Notes under the pieces: model-generated
Seen by the model: the letters and a program-made list of their open reading frames with translations, nothing else
Told to the model about the DNA's origin: nothing
Databases searched by the model: none
Program-made: the position numbers and the translations under genes
In this document: positions 27,616 to 36,287 of the stretch, in pieces
How positions within the stretch are numbered: the first letter of the stretch is position 1
Layout: each line of letters begins with the position of its first letter
NCBI GenBank assembly: GCA_050692985.1
Contig: JBOGVZ010000047.1
Location: 76,533-140,532, forward strand
Direction of reading: 5' to 3'
DNA length: 64,000 nucleotides
DNA from: Actinomycetota bacterium
GTDB taxonomy: Bacteria; Actinomycetota; UBA4738; CALAEC01

Positions 27616-28860
27616 GTGGCGGCGTTCCGCTCGCTCCGCTACCGCGACTACCGGCTGTTCTGGTTCGGGGCGTTCGCCTCGAACACGGGCACGTGGATGC
27701 AGAACATCGCGCTGTCGTGGTACGTGCTCCAGCTCACCGGCTCGGCGTTCTGGGTGGGGGCCATCAACTTCGCGAACTTCATCCCGATGTGGTTCTCGCC
27801 GCTGGGGGGCGTGCTGGCCGACCGCATGGACCGCAAGAAGATCCTGCTGGCCACGCAGTCCGCCATGCTGGTGGCGGCCGTGGGGCTGGCGATCGTCACC
27901 CAGCTCGGCACGAGGTCCGTCGTCCCGGCGTTCCTGCTGACCCTGTTCACGGGGATGGCCTTCGCCGTGGACGCGCCGACCCGCAACTCGTTCTTCCCCA
28001 AGCTCGTGCCGGCCGAGTCGATGGTCAACGCCATCGCCCTCAACTCGGCCCAGTTCAGCCTGGCCCGCGTGGTGGGGCCGACCGTGGCCGGCGCCATGGT
28101 GGCCACCGTGGGGGTGGTGCCGGTCTTCTGGATCAACGCCGCGTCGTTCCTGGCGGTCCTGGCGGCCCTGGCCGCGATCCGGAGCCCCTTCGACCGGGCC
28201 GCCACCGCCGCGGCCCCGCCGGCCCGGCTCCGAGACGGACTGGCCTACGCGTGGAGGCATCCGCTGATCCGCACGATGCTGGTGTCGATCGCCATCCTCT
28301 CGCTGTTCGGCGGCCCCGTCGCCGCGCTGCTGCCGGTGTTCGCCCGGGAGGTGTACGGCCGGGGGCCCCGGGCGTTCGGCCACCTGACCGCGGCGCTGGG
28401 GATCGGATCGGTGATCGGGGCCATGGCCTTGTCGAGGGTCGGCCGGGTCCGGCCCGGGATGGTCGGGGGCGGGTTGGTGCTGTCCGGGGTGGCCCTGATC
28501 GCGCTGGGATCCACCACGAGCTTCGCGGCCGGCCTGGCCATGATGCTGGTGTTCGGCGGGAGCTACCTGTTCTCGATCTCCGCCACGAACAGCCAGATCC
28601 AGACCTCGGTGGACGACCTGATCCGCGGCCGGGTGGTGGGGCTGTTCCTGCTGGCGTTCGGAGGGCTGTTCCCGGTGGGGAGCCTGGTGGCGGGCACGGT
28701 GGCCGACCACGTGGGGGTGGGGATCACCACGATCGGAGGGGCGTCGCTGTGCCTGGCCTGGGGCATCCTCCTGCTCGTCAGGACCCGTCGGCGCGACGAG
28801 GGTGCGGCGACCGCAGCCGAAGCCACGGGCCGGCACGGCGGTGAGGGGATGCCCACCTAG
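27616..28860 (+). CDS. MFS transporter (EntS/enterobactin-exporter-like, 12 TM)
   Basis: MAAFRSLRYRDYRLFWFGAFASNTGTWMQNIALSWYVLQLTGSAFWVGAI... and alternating hydrophobic helices throughout. Confidence 0.85.
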   Translation: MAAFRSLRYRDYRLFWFGAFASNTGTWMQNIALSWYVLQLTGSAFWVGAINFANFIPMWFSPLGGVLADRMDRKKILLATQSAMLVAAVGLAIVTQLGTRSVVPAFLLTLFTGMAFAVDAPTRNSFFPKLVPAESMVNAIALNSAQFSLARVVGPTVAGAMVATVGVVPVFWINAASFLAVLAALAAIRSPFDRAATAAAPPARLRDGLAYAWRHPLIRTMLVSIAILSLFGGPVAALLPVFAREVYGRGPRAFGHLTAALGIGSVIGAMALSRVGRVRPGMVGGGLVLSGVALIALGSTTSFAAGLAMMLVFGGSYLFSISATNSQIQTSVDDLIRGRVVGLFLLAFGGLFPVGSLVAGTVADHVGVGITTIGGASLCLAWGILLLVRTRRRDEGAATAAEATGRHGGEGMPT

Positions 28861-28904
28861 GTACGCGGGGTTCACCCGGCCCACCGGCGGGTAGCAATCC
28901 AGCC

Positions 28905-29513
28905 GTGGCACCGCGGCGGAAGGGAACGCTCGAGGAATACCGGCGCAAGCGGGACCTGCGCCGCACCCCCGAGCCGTCCGGGGGGCGGCGGAGGCGCGGC
29001 AAGGAGCCTCGCTTCGTGATCCAGAAGCACGACGCCACCGCTCTGCACTACGACTTCCGGCTGGAGGCCGCCGGGGTGCTGAAGTCGTGGGCCGTGCCCA
29101 AGGGACCCTCCACGGATCCGAGGGACAAGCGCCTGGCCATGCCCACCGAGGACCATCCGCTCGACTACGCGGACTTCGAGGGTGTGATCCCCGAGAAGAA
29201 CTACGGGGCCGGCCCGGTGATCGTGTGGGACGCGGGGACCTACCGGAACCTCACCGAGAGGGACGGACGTACGGTCCCGGTCGAGGACGCGGTGAACGCC
29301 GGGCACGTCAAGGTGTGGCTGGACGGACACAAGCTCACCGGCGGCTTCTCGCTCCGCCGCACCCGGATCGGCACCGACGGGCGGGAGAAGTGGCTGCTGG
29401 TCAAGCTCCGGGACGAGGCCGCCGACGCGCGCCGCAACCCGGTCAGCACGCAACCCCGGTCGGTGACGAGCGGGCGAACGATCGAGGAGGTCTCCGCCGA
29501 GGAGGCCCCGTGA
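28905..29513 (+). CDS. Stand-alone LigD 3'-phosphoesterase (PE) domain protein
   Basis: ...RFVIQKHDATALHYDFRLEAAGVLKSWAVPKGPSTDPRDKRLAMPTEDHPLDYADFEGVIP...GHVKVWLDGHKLTGGFSL, the LigD-PE signature. Confidence 0.8.
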   Translation: MAPRRKGTLEEYRRKRDLRRTPEPSGGRRRRGKEPRFVIQKHDATALHYDFRLEAAGVLKSWAVPKGPSTDPRDKRLAMPTEDHPLDYADFEGVIPEKNYGAGPVIVWDAGTYRNLTERDGRTVPVEDAVNAGHVKVWLDGHKLTGGFSLRRTRIGTDGREKWLLVKLRDEAADARRNPVSTQPRSVTSGRTIEEVSAEEAP

Positions 29514-30418
29514 CCGCCCGACGGGCCGGCCGGAGGACGATCGAGATCTCCAGGCCCGACAAGGTCCTGTTCCCCGGCGACGGCATCACCAAGGCCGACG
29601 TCGTCGACCACTACCTCCGGGTGGCCCCGGCCATGCTGCCGCATCTCCGTGACCGTCCGGTGAACATGCAGCGGTTCCCCGAGGGGATCGAGGCGGGCGG
29701 GTTCTACGAGAAGAAGGTCCCCCGCCACTTCCCGGACTGGGTGCCTCGCGTCCGGGTGTCACTGGGGGACGGCGGCTCCCAGGAGCAGGTGATGGCCCAG
29801 GACGCGGCCACCCTGGCGTACCTAGCCAACCAGGCCTGCCTGATCCCCCACGTATGGCTGTCGAGGAAGGACCGCCTCGACCACCCCGACCAGATGATCT
29901 TCGACCTCGATCCATCCACCGACGACTTCGAGCCGGTCCGGGACGGGGCCCTGGCCCTGCGAGAGATCCTGGAGGGCATCGGCCTGGTTCCCTTCGTCAA
30001 GACCAGCGGCTCGAAGGGCCTCCACGTGCACGTCCCCCTCGACCGACGGGTACCGTTCGACGAGGTCCGCGCTTTCGCCCGGCGGGTGGCCGCGGCGGCT
30101 GCCGCCCGAGACCCCGACCGCCTGACCACCGAGCAGCGGAAGGCCAAGCGCCGGGGCCGGGTGTTCATCGACATCCTGCGCAACGGGTACGGGCAGACGG
30201 CCGTGCCTCCGTTCGCCGTGCGGGCCCTGCCGGGAGCGCCGGTGGCGGTCCCGGTGGGGTGGGAAGAGGCGGCCCGCAGGGGGCTGGGTCCCAGGTCCTT
30301 CCGGCTGGCCAACGTGGCCCGGCGGCTCGAACGCGGCCACGACCCATGGGAGGGGTTCCGCCGCCGGGCCCGGTCGCTGCGGGCCCCGGGCCGCCGCCTG
30401 GATGCCCTGGGGCCGTGA
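29510..30418 (+). CDS. Stand-alone LigD polymerase/primase (PolDom) domain protein
   Basis: GTG overlapping the PE stop. ...ISRPDKVLFPGDGITKADVVDHYLRVAPAMLPHLRDRPVNMQRFPEGI...IFDLDP...TSGSKGLHVHVPL...RVFIDILRNGYGQTAV. Confidence 0.8.
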   Translation: MTARRAGRRTIEISRPDKVLFPGDGITKADVVDHYLRVAPAMLPHLRDRPVNMQRFPEGIEAGGFYEKKVPRHFPDWVPRVRVSLGDGGSQEQVMAQDAATLAYLANQACLIPHVWLSRKDRLDHPDQMIFDLDPSTDDFEPVRDGALALREILEGIGLVPFVKTSGSKGLHVHVPLDRRVPFDEVRAFARRVAAAAAARDPDRLTTEQRKAKRRGRVFIDILRNGYGQTAVPPFAVRALPGAPVAVPVGWEEAARRGLGPRSFRLANVARRLERGHDPWEGFRRRARSLRAPGRRLDALGP

Positions 30419-30489
30419 GACAGCCTCTCCCTAGACGTCTCGCCGCTCGTGGGTAGATAGTGGGAGGGAACGGAGAGGAGTGAGCGTCC

Positions 30490-30822
30490 ATGCTGGAGAT
30501 CACCGAATCGGCAGTCGACGTCATCAAGACGGTCCGGGAGGAGAACCAGCTGCCCGACTCGGCGGCCCTGCGGATCGAGCTGGTGCAGGAGCAGGAGCAG
30601 GAAGGGATCGGCTTCTCGTTCACCGGCGGACCCCAGGAGGGCGACCAGACCGTCGCCGAGGGCGACGACCTGACCGTGTACCTGGCCCAGGAGCTGTCCG
30701 ACCCCCTGTCGGGAGCGATCCTGGATGCCCGGGAGATCGAGGGCTCGGTCCAGCTCGAGCTCCGGGATCGTGAAGGCAAGGGGCACGACCACGACCACGA
30801 CCACGAGGGGCACGAGCACTAG
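30490..30822 (+). CDS. HesB/IscA-fold protein lacking the conserved cysteines, with His/Asp-rich C-terminal tail
   Basis: ATG after GGAGAGGAG. MLEITESAVDVIKTVREEN...GFSFTGGPQEGD...HDHDHDHEGHEH. Confidence 0.55.
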   Translation: MLEITESAVDVIKTVREENQLPDSAALRIELVQEQEQEGIGFSFTGGPQEGDQTVAEGDDLTVYLAQELSDPLSGAILDAREIEGSVQLELRDREGKGHDHDHDHEGHEH

Positions 30823-30844
30823 CCCCGGCTCCCCGGAGCCAACC

Positions 30845-31492
30845 GTGGCGAACCGAGAGGTCCTGGTCCCGGCGGGGCCGGTGGAGGTCGAGGGATCCCT
30901 TCATGTCCCCGACGACGCGGTGGGGGTCGTGGCGTTCGCCCACGGCACCGGCAGCGGCCGTCACAGCCCCCGGAACCGGGCCGTGGCCGCCACCCTGGGG
31001 GCGGCCGCCCTGGCCACCCTGCTCATCGACCTGCTGACCGAGGCCGAGGAGCGGGAGGACCTGCGGAGCGGACATCTGCGGTTCGACATCGGCCTGCTGG
31101 CGGAGCGGCTGGGTGGGGCCGGGGCGTGGCTGCAGAGGCAGCCGGACACCGCCGCCCTGGGCCTGGGCTTCTTCGGGGCCAGCACCGGAGCCGCCGCCGC
31201 GCTGGTGGCGGCGGCACGGTCGCCCCAGGCCGTGCGGGCGGTGGTGTCCCGGGGCGGCCGTCCGGACCTGGCCGGCGACGCCCTCCCGGAGGTGCGGGCG
31301 CCGACCTTGCTGATCGTGGGCAGCCTAGACGAGCCGGTCATCGGGATGAACCGCGAGGCCATGAGCCGCATGAGCGCCCCCGTCGAGCTGCGGATCGTGG
31401 ACGGGGCCTCACACCTGTTCGAGGAGCCCGGCACCATGGACCAGGTGGCCGCGCTGGCCAGGGACTGGTTCGCCAAGCACCTCCCGGGCTGA
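30845..31492 (+). CDS. Dienelactone-hydrolase-like alpha/beta hydrolase
   Basis: GTG start. ...GVVAFAHGTGSGRHSPRN ... GFFGASTGAAAAL (nucleophile elbow variant) ... RIVDGASHLFEEPG. Confidence 0.7.
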   Translation: MANREVLVPAGPVEVEGSLHVPDDAVGVVAFAHGTGSGRHSPRNRAVAATLGAAALATLLIDLLTEAEEREDLRSGHLRFDIGLLAERLGGAGAWLQRQPDTAALGLGFFGASTGAAAALVAAARSPQAVRAVVSRGGRPDLAGDALPEVRAPTLLIVGSLDEPVIGMNREAMSRMSAPVELRIVDGASHLFEEPGTMDQVAALARDWFAKHLPG

Positions 31493-31655
31493 GCGGCTAC
31501 TCGGGCCGGGGCCCTCGGAGTCTCCGGGCCCGGGCGCGGAGTGCTGTTCCCGACGAACGGCTAGACAGTCCGGAGCGCGAAGGGCCTCCCCTCGGGGAGG
31601 CCCTTCCGCTTCCCTCCCTTGCGCAACGGCGGCCGGGCGGCCAATCTTGGACCCA

Positions 31656-31858
31656 TGATGGCGAAGCCGGGAGACCGCATCGTGGTCGAGTCGGAGCAAG
31701 TGGGGAGCCCCACCCGTGAGGGCGAGATCCTCGACGTGATCGAGCGCCCGGGAGGCGCGCGCTACCGGGTTCGGTGGGCCGACGGGCATGAGAGCGTGTT
31801 CACGCCCAGCGTGGGCAGCGCCACGGTCGTTCCCAGGAGGGGTCGGCGGAAGGCGTAG
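31656..31858 (+). CDS. DUF1918-like small protein
   Basis: MMAKPGDRIVVESEQVGSPTREGEILDVIERPGGARYRVRWADGHESVFTPSVGSATVV. Confidence 0.55.
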
Positions 31859-31884
31859 CTCGGCCGCTGTCTGCGGCGAAGCGG

Positions 31885-32487
31885 CTAGGAGAAGTACTCG
31901 ACGATCAGCCGCTCGTCGACCTCGACGGGCAGGGGGATCTCGTGGCGCTCGGGGCTGCGGGTGAACGTGGCCCGGTGGCCGCTCGGGTCGCGGTCCAGGT
32001 AAGGGGGCGGATCCGAGCTGAGCTCAAGGGCCTCGCGGACCGAGACGAAGCTCCGGGCCTTCTCGGACAGCTCGATGGCCTGGCCGGGGCGGACCTCGGC
32101 GCTGGGGATGTCCACCCGCCGGTCGTCCACCCGGACGTGGCCGTGCGAGACGAGCTGGCGGGCCTGCCGCTGCGTGAGCGCCCAGCCGAGCCGAAGGACC
32201 AGGGAGTCGAGGCGTGACTCGAGCTGGCGCAGGAGGTCCTCACCGGTGACCCCCTTCTTGCGAGAGGCCCGCTCGAAGTACCGACGGAACTGCCGCTCGC
32301 CGACCCCGTAGATGGCCCGCAGCTTCTGCTTCTCCAGGAGGCGGAGGCGATACTCGGTGACCCGCTGGCGGGCACGGCCGTGCATGCCCGGGGGGTAGGG
32401 TCGCTTGTTCAGCGCGCAGTTGGGGCGCCCGCACACGGACACGCCCAACCGGCGGCAGATCTTGTGCCTGGATCCAAGCTTGTGCAC
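31885..32487 (-). CDS. rpsD: 30S ribosomal protein S4, zinc-ribbon (Cys4) type, stand-alone copy
   Basis: GTG start. ...HKICRRLGVSVCGRPNCA... RPYPPGMHGRAR...YRLRLLEKQKLRAIYGV...GLARTRRQARQLVSHGH-like core...LIVEYFS. Confidence 0.85.
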   Translation of the reverse strand: MHKLGSRHKICRRLGVSVCGRPNCALNKRPYPPGMHGRARQRVTEYRLRLLEKQKLRAIYGVGERQFRRYFERASRKKGVTGEDLLRQLESRLDSLVLRLGWALTQRQARQLVSHGHVRVDDRRVDIPSAEVRPGQAIELSEKARSFVSVREALELSSDPPPYLDRDPSGHRATFTRSPERHEIPLPVEVDERLIVEYFS

Positions 32488-32586
32488 GGCGAATCAGTGT
32501 AGACGAGGCCGGTCCCCGTGACCGCGGATGACCGCCCGCGGCCCGGAGCGGTGGCGCCGGCCTCGCCGTTCGGGTAGGAGTGGCCC

Positions 32587-33246
32587 ATGCGACTCCCCTC
32601 CCGCCTGGGCGTGTACGTGGTGACCTCCGCGGACCTGGTGCCCGGCCGCGGTCACCTCGAGGTGGCCCGGGCGGCCCTCCGGGGCGGGGCCGGGGCGATC
32701 CAGCTGCGGGCCCCCGAGCTGGCCGACGGCGACCTCCTTCCGCTGGCCCGGGAGCTGGCCGCGACCTGTGGGAACGCCGGGGCCCTGTTCGTGGTGAACG
32801 ACCGGGTGGACGTGGCGTTGGCGGCCGGCGCCGACGGCGCCCACCTGGGCCAGGGCGACGAGCTCGAGCGGGCCCGCGACCGGCTGGGGCCGGAGCGAGT
32901 GCTGGGGGTCAGCGTGGCCGACCCCGCCCAGGCGGCGGCCGCCCAGGCCGCCGGGGCCGACTACCTGGGGGTCACGGTGTGGCCCACCGGAACCAAGCCG
33001 GAGGCGATCCCGGTGGGGCTGGACGGGCTCCGGGCTGTCGTGGCGGCGGCCGGCGTCCCGGTGGTGGCCATCGGTGGGATCGACGAGCGCACCGCCCCCC
33101 CGGCCCTGGCCGCCGGGGCGTCGGGCGTAGCGGTGGTCTCGGCCGTGGGTGCCGCCCCCGACCCGGAGGCCGCCACCCGTAGGCTGGTCGACGTGGTGAA
33201 GAGGACCCGGACCGAGGCGGCCGCCTCGGAGGAGGACGTGGGATGA
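32587..33246 (+). CDS. thiE: Thiamine-phosphate synthase
   Basis: ...GAIQLRAPELADGDLLPLARELAATCGNAGALFVVNDRVDVALAAGADGAHLGQ...ADYLGVTVWPTGTKPEAIPVGLDGL...VVAIGGI. Confidence 0.85.
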   Translation: MRLPSRLGVYVVTSADLVPGRGHLEVARAALRGGAGAIQLRAPELADGDLLPLARELAATCGNAGALFVVNDRVDVALAAGADGAHLGQGDELERARDRLGPERVLGVSVADPAQAAAAQAAGADYLGVTVWPTGTKPEAIPVGLDGLRAVVAAAGVPVVAIGGIDERTAPPALAAGASGVAVVSAVGAAPDPEAATRRLVDVVKRTRTEAAASEEDVG

Positions 33247-34304
33247 GCGAAGAGCAGCGCCCCGGAAAGGTCACCCCCGAGCTGTTCGAGCGATACATCT
33301 TCCGGTACCTCGGTGCCCCGGACCCCGAGGTGCTCCAGGGCCCCCGCCACGGCGTGGACGTGGGCGTGGTCCGGGTGGCTCCGGGGGTGGCCATGGCCCT
33401 GACCGCCGACCCGGTGTTCATCGTGCCAGCGTACGGGTGGGACCGGGCGGCGTGGTTCGCGGTGCACATCCTGGCTTCCGACGCCGCCGTCAGCGGGCTG
33501 CCGCTGCGGTGGATGGCCGTGGACCTCAACCTGCCGGTGGCCACCACCGACGACGACCTGGCCGCGATCTGGACGGCGTTCTCCGGGACGTGCCGCGATC
33601 TCGGGATCGCCGTGGTCACCGGCCACACCGCCCGATACGACGGCTGTGACTGGCCGATGGTGGGCGGCGCGGTGTGCGCGGCCCTGGGGCCCGAGGATGC
33701 CTACGTGACCCCGGCGATGGCCCGGCCGGGCGACGCCGTGGTGGTCACCAAGGGCCCGGCCATCGAGGCCACCGCGCTGTTCGCCGCCACGTTCCCCGAC
33801 CGGCTGGCCGCGGGCGTCGGGGCCGACGTGGCCAAGGCCGCCGACGCGCTGTTCGAGCAGATGACCGTGGTCCCCGAGGCCGCGGTGGCCGCGGCGTACG
33901 GACTGCGAGACGCTGGCGTCACGGCCATGCACGATGCCACCGAAGGGGGTCTGGTAGGCGGGCTGGCGGAGGTGGCCACCGCGTCCGAGGTGGGCCTGCG
34001 GATCGACCTGGCCGCGGTTCCCGTTCCCCCCGAGGTCCGGGCGGTGTGCGACCACGTGGGCATCGACCCGTTCACCTCGATCTCCGAGGGCACGCTGATC
34101 GCCACCGTACGGCCCGGCCACGCCGACGGCTACGTTGGGGCGTTGGGAGAGGCGGGGATCGAGGGGGCCGTGATCGGCGAGGTCACCGAGCCGCAGGCGG
34201 GCACGGTCCTGGTCGACGGCGGCGCCAAGCGGCCGCTGGAGCACCCGGGCCTGGACCCGTTCTGGGATGCGTTCGGCCGGTGGGCCAGGGAGGCGGCCGG
34301 CTGA
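33243..34304 (+). CDS. AIR-synthase-related (PurM-superfamily) protein, ThiL/HypE-like
   Basis: Overlaps the thiE stop (ATGA). PurM N- and C-domain motifs (..HGVDVGVV.., ..AMHDATEGGLVGGLAEVA..). Confidence 0.65.
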   Translation: MSEEQRPGKVTPELFERYIFRYLGAPDPEVLQGPRHGVDVGVVRVAPGVAMALTADPVFIVPAYGWDRAAWFAVHILASDAAVSGLPLRWMAVDLNLPVATTDDDLAAIWTAFSGTCRDLGIAVVTGHTARYDGCDWPMVGGAVCAALGPEDAYVTPAMARPGDAVVVTKGPAIEATALFAATFPDRLAAGVGADVAKAADALFEQMTVVPEAAVAAAYGLRDAGVTAMHDATEGGLVGGLAEVATASEVGLRIDLAAVPVPPEVRAVCDHVGIDPFTSISEGTLIATVRPGHADGYVGALGEAGIEGAVIGEVTEPQAGTVLVDGGAKRPLEHPGLDPFWDAFGRWAREAAG

Positions 34305-34453
34305 GGGCGGAGCTCCCCGGCCGGCCCGCCCACCGAAACACCTACCCGTCGAGGTCGACCTCGGACGGCGCCGATGACCCGGCGAGGTCGTGAACCGGAG
34401 CCCACTCGGGGCCGTCCCAACGAGGGAACCAGACGGAAGGAGCGGCGATGAAC

Positions 34454-34526
34454 GGGGGGTCCGGGGGGGTAGCTCGCCCGGGGGCGGGATGGCGGCGATC
34501 CGGACGGCGAGCGAACCCCCCAGCGA
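34454..34526 (-). repeat. Copy E of the ~73-nt hairpin repeat, inverted orientation (GGGGGGTCCGGGGGGGTAGCTCGCC...GGCGAGCGAACCCCCCAGCG)
   Basis: Lies immediately upstream of the cupredoxin start. The 5'-terminal CACTG is changed to CGCTG. Confidence 0.75.
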
Positions 34527-34550
34527 GAGGGGGGTCCGGGAAGGTAGCGG

Positions 34551-35083
34551 TGCTGGTGATGGCCGCGGGGATGGCCGCGGCGGGGATGGCCGGACCGACC
34601 CCTGCCGGCGCCAGCGGTGGCGGTGGGTGCGGGGCACCGCTCACCGAGGCCACCGGGACCACGGTGGCGATCCGGGGGTTCTGCTTCACCCCGACCGTGC
34701 TCCACGTCTCGCCGGGGACCGACGTCTCGTTCGTGAACCGGGACGGGGTGCCCCACAACGTGCTCGGGGCGGGCGGCGAATGGGGCAGCTTCGAACGACT
34801 GCGACGCGGCGTCCCCACGACCTACCGGTTCGAGGCCTCGGGGACGTTCGCCTTCAGCTGCGTGTACCACCCGGGCATGGTCGGCACGGTCGTGGTGGGT
34901 GACGGCGTGGGGGCCGGGTCGGCGGTGGACATCCGGCCGGTGGCCGCGACGCGCCCAGCCCGAGAGCCGGCCCAGCAGGCCACCACCGGATGGAGGATGG
35001 CCACCGCGATCAGCGTGGGGATGCTGCTGCTCACGGTGGCGGCCGCGGCCGGCCAGCGTCGCCACCTGCTCGGGCGGCGCTAA
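34551..35083 (+). CDS. Cupredoxin-fold blue-copper protein (amicyanin/plastocyanin-like) with signal peptide
   Basis: Likely GTG after GGAAGG. ...FCFTPTVLHVSPGTDVSFVNRDGVPHNV...TFAFSCVYHPGMVGTVVV (His...Cys-x2-His-x2-Met copper ligands). The N-terminal 35 codons of ORF 34448.. are the repeat read through. Confidence 0.7.
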
Positions 35084-35132
35084 TCGCACAGCGGGGATAT
35101 CCTCGCCGTGCGTGTCATCTCTGCGGCGGAGC

Positions 35133-36287
35133 ATGGCCCTGGCGGCCGCGGTCCTCACGGTGTCCGCGTCGTGCCAGGCACGCGAGGAGCCGCCCCCGCC
35201 CTCGCCCCCGCCTCCCACGGCGGCCCCGGATGGATCTCCCACCCCCACGCCCACCCGGGAGCCCCTCCGGCTCCGCCTGGTCAGGGTGGCCACCCTGGAC
35301 CAGCCGCTGGCCCTGTCCGTGCGGTCCGGCGACCCGGCCACGTACGTGGCCCAGAAGACCGGCCAGCTCGTGGCGCTGCGGGCCGGCCGGAGCGAGGTGG
35401 TGCTCGACCTCTCCGCCGAGGTCTCCCAGGGCGGCGAGCAGGGTCTGTTGGGCCTGGCATTCTCGCCGGACGGCCGGTTCCTGTACGTCAACTACACGGA
35501 CCGCGGCGGTGACACCCATGTCCTGGAGTTCGAGATGCGGGGGGAAGGCGTGGCCACCGGCACCCGCAGGGAGGTCTTGTCGGTGGGCCAGCCGTACGGG
35601 AACCACAACGGCGGGCACCTGGCCTTCGGCCCCGACGGCTACCTGTACGTCGGGCTGGGCGACGGGGGCAGCGCCGGCGACCCGCAGGGCAACGCCCAGG
35701 ACCCGGGCACGCTGCTGGGGAAGATGCTGCGGATCGACCCCAGGCCGAGGGGCGGGCAACCCTACACGGTCCCGGCGGACAACCCGTTCACGGGTCGCCG
35801 GGGCGCCCGGCCGGAGATCTGGGCGCTGGGGCTGCGGAACCCGTGGCGCTACTCGTTCGACCGGAAGACCGGCGACCTGTGGATCGCCGACGTGGGCCAG
35901 AGCGCCCGGGAGGAGGTCAACCGCCAGCCCGCGGACTCCACCGGCGGGGAGAACTATGGATGGGACCGGCTCGAAGGCACCCGTCCGTTCGAGGGAGAGG
36001 CGCCCTCGGACGCCGTCGCCCCGGTGTTCGACTACGGCCGCGACGTGGGCGGCACCGTCATCGGCGGGTTCGTCTACCGGGGCAGCGCCATCCCCGCCCT
36101 CCGGGGCGGCTACGTGTTCGGGGACTTCTTCTCCGACCGCCTGATGGTCCTCCGGGTCCGGGATGGCGACGTCCGGTTCCGCCGGCTGCGCGTGGGCGTG
36201 CCCAACCTCAGCTCGTTCGGCGAGGACGAGGACGGCGAGCTCTACGTGTTCTCGCTGTCCGGCGGGGTCTTCCGCCTGGAGGGCTGA
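35133..36287 (+). CDS. PQQ-dependent soluble sugar (glucose/sorbosone) dehydrogenase-family beta-propeller lipoprotein
   Basis: MALAAAVLTVSASC..., then ...QGGEQGLLGLAFSPDGRFLYVNYTD...YGNHNGGHLAFGPDGYLYVGLGDGGSAGDPQGNAQ...GLRNPWRYSFD...GDLWIADVGQ. Confidence 0.8.
   Translation: MALAAAVLTVSASCQAREEPPPPSPPPPTAAPDGSPTPTPTREPLRLRLVRVATLDQPLALSVRSGDPATYVAQKTGQLVALRAGRSEVVLDLSAEVSQGGEQGLLGLAFSPDGRFLYVNYTDRGGDTHVLEFEMRGEGVATGTRREVLSVGQPYGNHNGGHLAFGPDGYLYVGLGDGGSAGDPQGNAQDPGTLLGKMLRIDPRPRGGQPYTVPADNPFTGRRGARPEIWALGLRNPWRYSFDRKTGDLWIADVGQSAREEVNRQPADSTGGENYGWDRLEGTRPFEGEAPSDAVAPVFDYGRDVGGTVIGGFVYRGSAIPALRGGYVFGDFFSDRLMVLRVRDGDVRFRRLRVGVPNLSSFGEDEDGELYVFSLSGGVFRLEG

Noticed and set aside
32460-32495. 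Adjacent HindIII (AAGCTT), BamHI (GGATCC) and BglII (AGATCT) sites within 30 nt at the 5' end of rpsD. This looked like a cloning polylinker or vector remnant.
   Set aside because: The stretch encodes K-L-G-S-R-H-K-I-C in frame, which matches the conserved N-terminus of zinc-type S4 proteins (compare ...YIGPVCRLCRREG). It is therefore genuine coding sequence, and the restriction-site clustering is coincidental.
32488-32586. Expected a TPP riboswitch in the ~100-nt leader of thiE.
   Set aside because: There is no CUGAGA or pyrimidine-sensing helix consensus, and the leader is too short (~95 nt) for the aptamer.
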